DNA from: Chlorokybus atmophyticus
Taxonomy: Eukaryota; Plantae; Mesostigma and Chlorokybus algae
DNA: 64,000 nucleotides
Direction: 5' to 3'
NCBI GenBank assembly: GCA_009103225.1
Contig: RHPI01003366.1
Span: 62,001 to 126,000, forward strand
Within the stretch, counting starts at the first letter, position 1, and each line of letters starts with the position of its first letter. The translations under genes and the position numbers were made by a program. The notes below the pieces were generated by a model that was not told the origin of the DNA, made no database searches, and was given only the letters and a program-made list of their open reading frames with translations. This document shows, one piece after another, positions 1-12,903 of the stretch.

Positions 1-2651
1 GCACCAACCAGGAAAGCGACCTGCAAGACAGTGTGTTTGCAACTGTTGGACACGACTGCCTAAGCAAGTATGATGATTAGTTGCAATATCCAAAGTACTC
101 TCACCAGCTTTGTCATCCATTCCTCTGCGATGGGCTTCAATTTCCGCTTCTGTGCAGGGCCTTCCTCATCGTGAGTTTCAGTGGCAGTGTTAGGAAGGGG
201 TGGTGGTTGTATCACAATGCTCGGCGCTAGCACGTGCATGGAAAATGCCTCCAGGAAAGCTTGCTCCTTGGGCGGTAGAGGTGCCTCCGCTCCATCGCGC
301 GGTTGAAAATTGCATATGACCAGCTGGTGGTTGGATCGGCGCACACGGTCGGCTAGTGTTGCAAAGCGCTCTCTGGTTCTTGCCCGCTTGGACCAAAGCT
401 GGTCGTCATCTGCAATGCCACTTGTTGCGGGTTCTGCCACTGCATCCTGGTTCAATTCTGCCTCTACTAGATCTTCATCGCAGTTTGTCAATACGGCAGC
501 GCGCTGCAAATGTACTGTCAGTGAAGCTGGTAGGTGAACCAATCAGCGGATCAAACCAAAACTGCCGCTCACTTCATCTTCTGACAAGTAGCCATCTTCT
601 ACAACAAAACCATCATCCACATCGTCCGTTGCATCCTCCTCATCTTTCTCATTGTCACTGTCCGCCAGGCTTTCACCTGGTTCTTCCTATGAGGCACCAG
701 TAGTGTTGTGAGAGGCAAGTCTTGACATGCATGCATGCACAACAGCGGGCCCTAAGCTTTGCTACTGCACTGACCTCTTCCCACTCGTCATCACTTTCAA
801 ACTCGTAGTCGAGGTCGTGATCCTGCTTGAAGGGATGCCTGCCTGATACTGTGGAGCTGCAAAATGCATGCTGGTAAGGCACAGCCAGTTCCATCATGGT
901 CTGAATGATTGCAGGTCCTGCTTACCTTGTCTTTGTGCCGGTGCCGTAAAACGCAGGGCGGTTGCTGCCAGAAAACTGCAGCAACTTTCGCCGATGCATG
1001 CATCTGCTGCTGGTGGGCTGCTCAGACGATGAGGGAGCCATGTCCCACTCGTCATCAACATCAACCATGATGACATCTGCAACCTTGCCAGTGCTTTGTT
1101 GCTTCTGAGACCAGCTTTGGAGACGTCGGATGTTCCATCCTCCATTTGTAAACTTGGGCTGTTCCTCAGCTGTGAGTGCATGCCATCGGCGGTGGTGCCA
1201 CCTGTTGGAAGTTCAATGCTCAATGCAAGCTGCGTGCATGTCAACAAGAATGCATGCCTGTCTTGAAAAATTCTGCTGCCAAGTCAGAGCGCCAATATAC
1301 GGTCGCTGGTACCATACCTTAATAGAGCAGCAGCGTCAACATCATCAACCACTGCCAATGCCTTGTCAATGAGCGTAGTCGTGGGTTTCTTAGAGACAGG
1401 TGAAGCAAGCATTGTGTCCACTGGGAGTATGTACGGCAAGAATTTTGGCTCTGCCGGAGCGGACTCAGGTTGCCTGTCTGATGTACCTGCTGTACCAGAA
1501 AGGGGACCATGCTCGTATTGCCAGTCACAACACTATACAATGACACAGCAACCACCACACAGCGAGTCCCAGATGAGTGTACCAGCTGTGGTTGGCGTCT
1601 TGCTTGATCGCTTCAAGAAGCGTTCCATAATGCTTGCCTGCTGTTTGAGTTCCAGCTGCTGCTTACGCTCGGCAGCCTCGCGTGCATGTTGTTTCTCCTG
1701 CTCTTTCAACTGCTTGTGAGCCTCTTTGGCCTGCACTAGCAAGCAGATAGTGTGTTAAGTCGTCTGATAATTAGATGGTGCTGTAAGTGCCTTCGCCAAA
1801 TGTAGAGTGACTCACCGCACGCTGCGCTTCGTGCTCGGCAGCCTTCACCACACGCTGCTTTTCCTTCTCAACCTCTTTAACCTGACGCTCAAGCGCCTTT
1901 GCCGCTTGCTTTTGCACTTTCGCCTCCCCTTTCACGGCATTTGTCTTTCTGCTCTTTCTGTCACCCTTTGGCTGTGATGTACTCGTGCTCGTGCTTGCAG
2001 CAGCTGCACGATAATTGCCAGTGTGAGCTTGACAAAGGAAGCAGTTTACAGATAAGCTGGCGAGCAGAGTGTTTTAAACAGAAGCATTGGCGATGCGTAA
2101 AGCAGCCAACTTCAACTGAAAGAGCGACTTAAGTGGCAACCAAACAGTTGTTGGGCACAATGCCAGGTCAAGGCACCAACCTACAGAGAAAACAGGATAC
2201 CCTACCACTACACCTGCCCAGCAACTGTGGAACACAGCCGAAGCATGGTGCTCCACCTTCACCAACGGCACGGCATTGTGCAAGACGCAAATGGGGTGCT
2301 GTCACGTGGCAAACCCACACGAACAACAATTCGATCAGAGGAACAAGTAACGGACAGAAATCACGAGCAATCTACACTAAAAAAGCAGGCACTCCGACCA
2401 CGCATGCTGACGTGCCTCCTTAAGCCCTGACCTGCGGCCTTGTTCTTAACATCGCAGGCGTGTAGCTTCTTGGTAACGCCAGCTTCAACGAGATCGTTAA
2501 CGGAGCCAGCGGCAAGCTGGTCGACGTCCCGAACGCCGTAGTCCCACAGGGCGGTAGCGTACAGCTGGCCGTAGTCCGGGTTAAGCCCCGTCAGGTACTC
2601 GTCCAGCTCCTCCAACGCACCGAACCGCCGCGCCGCCATCACCTTCATCAC
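1..2651 (-). CDS. FAS1: Chromatin assembly factor 1 subunit A (p150/FAS1), multi-exon, 3' end beyond window start; 5' end uncertain
   Basis: Exons encode a KER-type coiled coil (KEVEKEKQRVVKAAEHEAQRA; KQLKEQEKQHAREAAERKQQLELKQQASIMERFL) and the CAF1A signature RHPFKQDHDLDYEFESDDEWEE (~770-850). Linking the 2432-2651 exon to this gene is inferred, not shown. Confidence 0.82.
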
Positions 2652-2792
2652 GCCGCTCCAGCCAAGAACCTCACTTCACTTGCAAGCCCCACCATGCCCC
2701 ACCTCCGCCTCCTCCACCTCCTCGTCCGCCTTCGCCTCCGCCGCAAGCCCCGCCCGCAGCGTTTCAAATGAACGAAACGGAAGCCATCAAAA

Positions 2793-2802
2793 GCGCGGGA
2801 AA
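2793..2802 (-). promoter_or_regulatory. E2F-binding-site-like motif (TTTCCCGCGC on - strand)
   Basis: GCGCGGGAAA lies ~140 bp upstream of the ATG at 2651. It matches the E2F consensus TTTSSCGS, and CAF-1 subunits are known E2F targets. Confidence 0.55.
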
Positions 2803-4555
2803 AAGTGCCACACTGAAGCCCGATCGTTCTGTGCTTGCACGCAACGTTGTTGTTGTTGTTGGTGGTGGTGGAATCAATCCTGTGTAATACTGCTTGCGCC
2901 TCTGTGTTCAGACTTCAAGCACGCCCGCCCTCAGCCCCGTACAAGGCGGTCCCTGCTTTGTGAGCAGAAGCAGGCGGTGGTGGCTGAGGCGAGAGAGGCA
3001 ACCCCTTTGGACTGCTGCAAAACAGCCGGCCGAAGCTTCCTGCTGCCAGTGCAGGTGAGGCCGTTGCTGTTTCCCAATCGTGTGCCGCAATAGTATATGC
3101 CCGACGGTCTGAGGTAACATCCAACGTCAACACAACTAGTTGGATTGTGACACTGCTGCACCTGTGACTGATGTGTTTCCTACACGTTTAGTTGGTTTGT
3201 GTGCCTGCGGGGGCGGAGTTGCCTCCCTTTAGCACGGCATGCGGTTGACTGCTGCTGCATTCGTGGTGCACACATACAGGCAAACTCTCGTGCCATAACT
3301 CAGAAAGCAGCTGAGAGTGGTGTACATCAAACGATTGTATATGGTCCGCATGCGAGTTGCATATATATCACAACTACACGCAGCTCACTTGTACAGCTGG
3401 TGAGTGCAGATATAAGCAAATAGTCCAGGTGCAGTACATCCATGGTCATTTTCTATCACCGTTTGTCGTAAATGTAGCAGGCAGTTTGAACAAGTTGTCG
3501 TTAATAATTTTTTAAGCATGTTTCTACTCGATGCATGGCACGACGACATCCTAGCATGTCTGTCAATGCAATGCATGCTGACCGCGCTGCATGAACATTT
3601 TTGCTGGCAGTTCGCCTTGAACAGATCAATCCAACTCGCTGATCTCGTTGCTTTTGATTCTTTAAGAGGTGCTGCAAACACATGGCCTATTGCGTACATT
3701 GCAGCAGCTTTCAGAACCATGCAGCTCTCAGGACTGTTTTAGAATGCGATGGCAAGGCACTCAACATCTGTACAAGGAAAGCCATGCGGTATTGTGGCAT
3801 GCACGACACATGCATGATGACTGTTTCTACAGTCTGCGACTGATAGCAGCAGCTAGTTGATGCCATACCCACTCTGATGACATGTACTGCACAAAATACT
3901 CGAGTGCAAGCACGCCTTGCACTGCTAGGAAATAGTGATATTTAAAAGTGTTCTCTACCTTTGTAATCAAAACTGCCTGCAGGAAGCAGTGAATATCTTG
4001 TCACTTCTCAAACTAAGCCACAAGTACTGTATTAACCTGTTGTTCATGCTCGCGTGCGAGCAGCCAGAACATGCTAGCTGCTAGACGAGTGCTTGCAAGT
4101 GTTGCAATTTCTGGCGCCTAGTTGGGTCCAATCAAGTCAACTGCATCCGTGTCAGACAATCATATTCCACATGATCAACAGCGTCTGGCTTGCGTGACTG
4201 ATCCAACAAGGAACACATGGGCATGGCCAGCTGCTCAACCTAGCATTCTGGCAACCGCTGGATCATCCCAGTCTACACCTTGCTCAATTGTTGTGAACAA
4301 ACAAGCTGGTGGGTGTCTGTGCAGTCGTGGCCATACACAGTGCATTGCGCAGCAATGGGCTGATGGCTGCTCGCCGGCAAGCTTGTTGACAAGTATGAGC
4401 ACACAGCCACCGCGTTGTGCAATGCAGAGCCAGACTGGGACTGTTTAGGAGTGTTGCCAAGAGCATGCCAGCGCGAAATTGCACCACTCCTGGTTGAGGC
4501 TCATGCCTTGGCGCGTAACTGCTGAGCTGCCAGCAAGAGTCCAACAGTTGACGCA

Positions 4556-7500
4556 TCATGATGCCTCAGCCTTGACTTTCCCTTCCTTCTGTGCTGACTT
4601 CTTCCAGGGGATGGTGCGGGTATCAAAGCCGGCATCATGCAGCTGCTGAGCAATGGTGATTGCGCGAGAAGCCTCCTCCCTATCACTGAAATGCCGCACC
4701 TCCGCACCGACAATCTAGCAAAACACATGCAATTAGCACAAAAAGCACACAGATACCTCACGCAAGGAGCAATTGCCACATCTTCAACCTATTGCATGGA
4801 ATGACGCAACGAGCAACAAGCAACAAAACAAGCAAGTTTTGTGCACAACATAAACAGCAAACTCCAGTACGAGCTGCGCCTCTCCAAGACAGACATGCAA
4901 ATGGCAATGCACTGAATAACTCACCAACTCAGACAAAGCAGAGCATGCACCAACGGCACCCCTACCTGATAATCTTCATGTCCCTTGCCAGCAATGACCA
5001 CTACGTCACCCTCGCTGGCCATGGCCACAGCACCACGAATCGCCTCCTCGCGGCGCGGGACCACATAGTATATATGCCCGCGCTTGTCCTTTTTGCCCAT
5101 AGGAACGCTCATCCCAGCCTGAATGTCACCGATAATAGCCACTGCGCGACAATCACACATCAGGCACCCACCTTTTTTCGTACATCGCTCTCTCAGTGCG
5201 GCAAAAGGCAACATACATGGGTCTTCGGTGCGTGGGTTGTCGGACGTGATGAACGTGACGTTGGCTTTTGCAGCCGCAATGCGTCCCATCATAGAACGCT
5301 TGCCCTTGTCACGATCACCGCCACAGCCAAAGACGCATATAATCTTGTTCGCCCCACACTCGCGCACGCTGTCAAGAAGTCTTTCAAGCGCGTCAGGTGT
5401 GTGGGCATAATCTACAATGATGGAGTAAGGCTGGCCCTCATCAACCACCTCTGCGCGACCGGGTACGCCATCAACGGACTCCAATCCAGCCACAATTGAC
5501 TCCAGCGGCACTCCCAAAGCTATTCCCGCCGCAACCGCAGCGCATATATTGGACACATTCATCCGCCCTGCCAGGAAACACTCGCGTAAGCTGGACCGTA
5601 CAGACCCTTCAACAACAGCCACAGCACGCGAGTGATGATGATACCTACAAGGCCTGATGAGAATTCCAGCGTGCCATTTGGTGTGCGTATCTGCAGGTCT
5701 GTCTCGAACAGAGAAAGGCGTGCACGTGTTGGATAGACGTCTGCACTGGGGTCAACTGTTGCAAACGTCACAACAGGCACCTGCACCGATTGTAGAGCTT
5801 TCATGCGCAGCAGCGTGCGACAGGTACTACCTTTCATCAGGCTGAGCGGCTGCAACACTTGCAAGGACTACTGTACAGCGGCTTACCTTGCAAGCGGCCT
5901 TGAAAAAGGGCGCCTCCCTGTCATCAATGTTTATGACCTGTAACACAACGAGATGTTGGGTAAGCTCAAAGCGCGTGTATTAGCAGGCTCGCGAAGACAA
6001 TGTGTACGCCTGAGTCTCAGCTGCTACGCACCCCACGTTGCCTGCTTGGGTCTGTCAGAAACTCAAACAACCTGGCCTTTGCCGCTCGGTAGCCCTCGAA
6101 CGTGTCATGGAAGTCCATGTGGTCCCTTGTCAGATTGGTGAAGATCTGCACGCAATCCACAATTGTCACGCTGGTTTGCCGAGTGTTTGGCACGAAAGAA
6201 GCATCGGCACTGACCGCCACGTCAAAGTCAACGGCATCGCAGCGCCGCAGCGCCAGTGCATGTGAGGAAGCTTCCATGCACACTGCAGCGCACTGACGCA
6301 CACGCATCAAGTATGCAGAGTCAGCAAGCAACACATAATGTATTCATGCGCACGCAAACATGCACGGTGTGTTTACTTCGTTATGCAGCATGGTAGCTAA
6401 TAGCTGCTGAAGCTTCACGGCATCCGGTGTTGTTTTGTTGGACTTGGACCTGTATTGCAAGGGTAGAGTTGACAACTGCAGTGGCTGGGTTATTGTGCAC
6501 AGCGATAACAACCACAGCAGATGTAAGCCTTGCTCACTCTTGTCCAGGTCGCGTGCTGTAGCCTATGGTACCTATCAACCCGCACCTCTTGCCCCACGCT
6601 TCCATGATACCCCTGCCGATCGGTGAGTTTGCACAAGACACGTATCAACCCTGCAAGTCTCATCATCATTGCGCTGTACGTGCAGAGTCCACATGGCGAG
6701 TGATGGAGGCATGACAGAGGGGGGGCTATACCTCAACAGATAGCTTGTAGTTGTTTTGCCGTTGGTGCCAGTGACTGCAGCCACAACCAGCTTCTTGCTA
6801 GGGTCCCCATAGAAAGCCGCCGCCAGCTTCGGCAGTGCATCTGTTTCCAACAAGCAATGAGTGCACATATGCACAAGCTTGTGCATATGTGCGTGTACCG
6901 TTGATAACCCATGACTCGACAAGGCTGAGGGTCATGTTTACCGCTTGTGTCTGTCATCTTAACAACCGTGGTGATGTTGGCTAGGTCAGCCCCAACGTCT
7001 TCGCAAGTGATGAGTGCGGCCGCCCCCGCTTCAGCCGCTACCCTTGCGTACGCGTGTCCATTCACCGTCAACCCACGCACGCACACAAACGCATCCCCAG
7101 GAAGGACCTGCGTGACAAATATTGATTGCTTTCTTGGACTGGACTGCATCACCTTGCACGTGGACTAAATGGCGACTCTACTTCGCGGGAATCGTGAGCA
7201 ATTCCCGTAATGACGGTTTGATCATCTTCGCCTTCTATTGATTGGGCCGGCGTGCCTGCTGCACTTAGCAGCTCTGCCAGTGTCTGCGGACACAACACAA
7301 TGTTGATAAGAAAATTGTGAATTGCAAGAGGGACGGTTGAGACAGTTGGTGCTAGCGCACGAGTAACAAAATGTTTCTGTGTAAACAGCAGTCCTGCAAC
7401 ACAAGTCCCAAGAAGCTGCATTGCAAGCGCACGGATCTATTGGCAATGCTGCGGTATGTCAAAAGTGCGAGTGCATAAATGCAGTTAGTGTTTTGCATGT

Positions 7501-8385
7501 AGGCTAGCATACTACTACACCGCACTCATGCTTCATGCTAGCAACGTGCAAACCTGCCGGACCTGCAATTTGAAACAATACATGCAATGCGGTAGCGTCA
7601 CACACCATCGTTCGCATTGGTAGTTCTTGCTCTTCGTCATCAAGCCCATAATCCCCGACATCGTCAATATCATCAAGGTCTGCTAGATCTCCCCCTTCCC
7701 CGGTCGACTCGCGGTCGGGATCAGCGGCGGCATCGATGTCAATGTCGTAGTGGTCGGTGTCTGGGTCCAGCAGAGGCCGATCCAACACGTCTGTATCGAC
7801 ATCGCCATCAGCGTCAACGTCATCCTCATCTTCTTCCTGTTGCGGAAAAGACACTTCTCTCGTTGGAATGCGACTATGGGTGTTAATAATGAAAACGGAG
7901 TTTATAAGAACTGAGCTCATGCATCATGCAACAGTGTTAAGTTGTTCAACACTGCGCAGTCTGCAGTGCTGTTGGCGCTGACTACCACGATTACTTGTAT
8001 GTGCGGTGTAAGCTGGCTGCTCCAGCACAATCTGGGGTTGAAATCCATCTGTGCATGCGCTCAGCACCGACTAAACGCCATGACCAGAGCACCATCAACG
8101 CACCTCATTGCCTTCAGCGTCGTCTTCTTCTTCAAAAACGTCAGGATCTCTGGCATGGATCCTCCACCCCTCTTGTGTCTGTCCTCTCCTTCCCGCAACC
8201 CGCCCCCGCCTGCCCCAGCTCCCGCCCAATGCCCATCCCCTGGACCTGACACCCACCTTCCGCCCAATGCCAGAGGAACAGGAAGGGCGCGCAGCAGGCC
8301 TCGACCGCCTTGACACGTTCGGCTGCACATGCGACAGAGAGGCGGCCAGCGGCACCACCGCCGCCGCCGCCATGGTTTCCGCCAT
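4556..8385 (-). CDS. murE: Plastid-targeted MurE ligase (UDP-MurNAc-dipeptide:meso-DAP ligase family), multi-exon
   Basis: Transit-peptide-like N-terminus ([21 protein letters not shown]...) followed by an acidic linker. Motifs: [87 protein letters not shown]. The last exon reads [39 protein letters not shown]...stop at 4556. Confidence 0.95.
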
Positions 8386-8950
8386 GTCGCCGGGTTACTT
8401 TGAACTCGCAGCAAACCCTAACCACTGTGTCCCGACTACAGCCAACTTCCCTTGTTGTAAGACTAGCTATGCCATAGCTGCAATGGTCGATGGCTTCCCG
8501 CCCATGCAGGAGTTCTCCTGGACGACCTTAGAAGCACGTTTGCTAAACTTACATCATGACTGGATCATTGATTGGCACAGGTGATGGCTCTTGTGACATG
8601 AGTTACGTCACATCTGCCATCTCCATCGTAGCCTGTTGTGGTCGCACACAACAATTGCGACTCGCAGTTGATGAGGCCCATGTTTATATTACGAGGGTAC
8701 AAGGCTGAGGTCGGTTACGCTGAATTGGTAGGGAGTCGTATCTAGGCGTAACCGTGCTCAGCTCGTTGACCACCACGTAGGCCTGCTGGTCGGCGTTGGC
8801 GGTGGCGACGGGGTCATGGGAGGCGGCGTTGCTGGAGTGACATGATCGTGAGGCGAGGGTTGAGCTAGCAGCGCTGACGGGAGAGTTAAGGCTGTCCATG
8901 GCTGCCTAACAATCGGCGCCGTCCTCTCAGAGGAAAGGAATCTGCCCAGC

Positions 8951-11900
8951 ATGGCCGCCGGCGGCGGCGACGGTGTGGCGCGCCGGCACACGAGGCGGAG
9001 GCTGGAGGAGGTGTTTGGGATGGGAGGACGGGCTGGTGCCCTTCAATACCTGCGACACATTGCCTTTGTCGCCGTCGTGGCCGTGGTCCTCGCCGTCCTG
9101 CCAGGTAGTCCCTCACGCTTAGACAGCCAGTTCAGCAGCTCTCCTTTTGCATGTTGCTCGCTGCTACTTCAAATCAGAGTGCATTGCAGCGTAACATCGA
9201 GAATTGCCCGCTGGACACGCTTGATAGCCTTTCAGCTGTGCACAAACCATGCATTGCCTCCCTGTCTCCTCACTGACAGGTGACGTGGGTGCTTCATGTG
9301 TGCAGAATGTGTTCATGCGGACACAGCACTCCCTATTGATTTGGACGTCGTCATGACCGGGGAGGTTCGCGCCGGCGAGCAGTTGCTGGTGCAGCTGCCA
9401 GCTGGGGCGTGTCCCGTAGGCAGCTACCTGCAGGCGCGTGCATTGTGGCATGCGAGAGAAGCCAACAGTACTGGCAAACAATTGGACTGAGCATTTGCTC
9501 CTACAGGTTGAGCTTCACGATGTGTTGGCAGAGGCGCAAGAGCTGCCTCCGCCAGCGAGTGAACGCGCGTCCGTCATGCTTTTGCTGAGCGTGGGGTCAG
9601 AGCCGGAGGCGAAGCCGGATGGCAACAAGAACTGGGTGTTTGGCAACTCCACAATTGCCGATAACATTGGCAAGTGTTTTCGTATTGTCAATTTGCTATT
9701 GGCGGCCACAGTTGATGCGTGCGCTGAGCTAGCTGATTTGCAGGTTTTCAGCTGGCGAGCACGTACATGAATATAGTGACGCAGCTGCGTACGAATGGCT
9801 CGGTGTTTGCTTCTGTGATGAACATCCAAGTACATCAGTGGTCTCCGGTCCTGCTGCAGTACACCCTTGCCGTCCACTGCGCAGGTGACCTTGCAGCATG
9901 TTTAGGCGGTTGCATGGCGCCGTGCATGGCACCAATTGTGAACACGTGTGCAATATGTGTTGGCAGTGAACCCGCAATGCCCTCTCGCCTGCGACGGCCA
10001 TGGCACGTGCAGCAATGGCACGTGCGCGTGTGACAGAGGATACGGTAACGTCGGTTGCGACACAGGTGCGTGCTGAATCAACTCTGCTGTGAGGGTCACG
10101 CTGTACAGTGCAAGCCATGGCTCCCTTCCTGACCCTAATCAAGCGCTGGCGCTAATTTCAACTGCAATGTTCATGTTGGACTGTTTCATGGCAACAGTTG
10201 TCTGCAAGGAATAGCACCATGCGATTTATAGCCAATTTGCTGTGCAGTTGTTCCCATGCTTGGTGATGGGGCAGTGGTGAGTCAGTTTCTGGCGGTGCGA
10301 GGGTGGGACTACTACGCTGTGGACGTGAGTTTGCTGGTCGTATGTTCTTCGTGCATCTTGTTGTCGCTGTCACGCTTGGCAACCATGCAATAAGGTTGAA
10401 AAACAGATGCTGTGTTGTTGCGCAGGTGGAGGCAGAGGGCAGCTTGAGTGTAGGTCTCACGCGCTCGAGCGGTGACCCAATTCTGTTTGTGATGCCGGAA
10501 GGGCAGGGCTTTGTGAAAAGCAACGGGCTGCCAACGACATTTGATTACGACAATTTTGCTGATTCGGATTCCTTTCGAGAGCGGCAAAACTATCATAATC
10601 GAATTCTGCAAGACATGGCACCTGGTCGTGTATACATTGCCGTTTACAACAACGACGAGTATACCAGTGAAGAGTGCTCGTATACCATTGACATCAAGAT
10701 TGCCTTCGGTATGTTGTGTTGTGCACAATTGCATTGGTGACGTGTGGCTGACAGCGGTTTCGACAGGTTTGGGTGCTGCAGTGTGTCCAGCGGACTGCAA
10801 CACACCCAATGGGCGCTGTGTTTATGCAACAACGGGCTCATACTGCGAGTGCGCAAACGACTTTTCTGGTGCTCTTTGCCAAGGAGGTGAGCACTCCACC
10901 ACATGGCCTGGTGTTGCAACAAGCATGCATTGGTCATATATTACTGAAGGAGCCATCACAGCGCTCACAATGATGCATGCTGTTAGTTGCATGACAACCT
11001 TGCCTCTGCGGTTGCAGAAATACACTACATTGGACCGATGGCCAACGAAAACGGAGAGGTGCCCGAGGGTGAATGGGTGTTCTACCAGCTGGAGGTGACT
11101 GACGTAAAGACCAAAAGGGTGTTTGTGTCGTTTACGGGCAACCAGGGCCAGGCAGTGCTGGTGGTGAAGCAAAACACGTACCCGACACTCCTCCAGTACG
11201 ACTACCAGTACACTCGCAGCGATGGCAACCCCGGCAGCTCCTCCACTTCATTCAGTCTAGATGTTAGCCAGTATGGCGTCTACGTGTTTGGCATCTTCAA
11301 CATGGACTATTATGTCCACCAGCCCACGACGTACACACTGGAGGTCTCTGAGAATGGCAGGTCCGACAAGTCCAGGCTGGTGAACCCTTTCATCAGCATC
11401 GTCCTCGGCTTGTCCAGTGCTGTGGTGTTGTGCTTGTGCATGGCCATATGCAAGCGGGCGGCTGTGCGGCGTGCTTTCCATCGTCGAGCTCGACGCTTCA
11501 CCACCTCCCTACCCACACAAATCTCCTGGAGTGACGGGGTAAGTGCATGCAGCACGACACCTTTGAAGTAGAAGAGTGTGTTTGTCGGCAACATGCACGT
11601 GTATTCAGGCGAGGGGAGAGAGGAAGGGTTTGGTTGATAGCGTCGTGGCAACGTTCCCGATATTGAGCTATAAGGAGGGGATGCTGGACACGGATGACTG
11701 CCAGTGCAGCGTGTGCTTGTGCGACTACGAGGGCGGGGACGACCTGAGACGCATTCCGCTTTGCGGGCACACATTCCACAAGTCCTGCATTGATCTCTGG
11801 TTTACTACTAACTCCACCTGTCCCCTCTGCCGCATCGCTCTTGGTGAGGCATCATCTATGGGCTGTAAGTCATTACATTTAGGATCCGCCCCCGACATGT

Positions 11901-12222
11901 TGCTCGTGTATCTGCAGGTAATGAGGACGCACGGTCCCCACTGGCGCCACCTTCAGCACAGCCTATGCCTCCATCGCTAACACCGCTGATGACTCAGCTG
12001 CAGCTCCCGCAGCTGCGCACGCGCCCGCTATCAACAGCGTTGTCTGCATCATCTTCGGAGTCGCCATTGACAGCGTCACCTCATCTTCTTAGAGATGCTA
12101 CGGGCGTGTCTACATCTGTCAGGGTAGAGAGCCCCAGCATGCGCGCGAGAGGAAGTACCCCACGCAGCCACAACTTGAACAACCACAGTGGCGCCACGCT
12201 GCAGATTGTGTCGCAGAGATGA
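8951..12222 (+). CDS. Type I membrane RING-H2 (ATL-like) E3 ubiquitin ligase with a large ectodomain containing an EGF-like domain
   Basis: N-terminal hydrophobic segment (IAFVAVVAVVLAVLP), beta-rich repeats (GDPILFV...PTTFDYD; GQAVLVVKQNTYPTLLQYDY), EGF-like CPADCNTPNGRCVYATTGSYCECANDFSGALCQG, TM helix FISIVLGLSSAVVLCLCMAIC, GLD-like KGLVDSVVATFP, and RING-H2 CSVCLCDYEGGDDLRRIPLCGHTFHKSCIDLWFTTNSTCPLCR. Confidence 0.85.
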
Positions 12223-12903
12223 CGAAGTGTGTGGCGAACAGCATGTGTCACATGATACTATATGTTTGTTTGATAATGGTACGGCCATGCGGAGCGAATG
12301 GGCAGTATATTGCGGTTAATGCGCCTTGCTGTATGGATTCCTTTCCAGCAGGTATTCTTTCCCAGAGAGTCTCTTGGCTGCACGACGCTATTAATGCCAC
12401 AGAGACTTGCTGTCTGTTGATGAGCTTACAGATGGTATACTGATGGTTACCTCTGGTAGCGTGTTGTATATGATAGCGTGTTGTACTAGTTTGTTCCTGA
12501 TCCTGTTGCCTTTAACACGCAAGGTGTTATTTTGCGTTTGTTGGCTGCAAATGGACATGTGGCTTGTAAAGTTTGCGTTGTTGCAGGTCAGAATGTACAA
12601 GTCAGGAGGGATAAGCTTGTTGATCAGATAACGAAAAGCTGCGCTAAGCCTAAGCCACCATGCCAGCTTCCTGTGCATGCTGAGGTGCACAGATATGCTT
12701 TACAGTGGATGTAGTTTGGAAATTGCTTGTGCCAGGTTACACTCTCGAGCAAGTGTCTCAGGCAAGGCTCATTGCTTACAATCTAGGTGATTTGGCCAAC
12801 AAGTCTATTCAACTGTAAGTACAGCACAGAAACGCTACAAACACTACACAAGAACGCTATGCGACGCTACACAGTTCATGACTTATCAAGAAGAATGGGA
12901 ATT

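Noticed and set aside
2680-4500. Several 60-137 aa ORFs and a possible plus-strand exon (2912-3054)
   Set aside because: No recognisable motifs or coherent gene model; may be UTR or antisense transcription.
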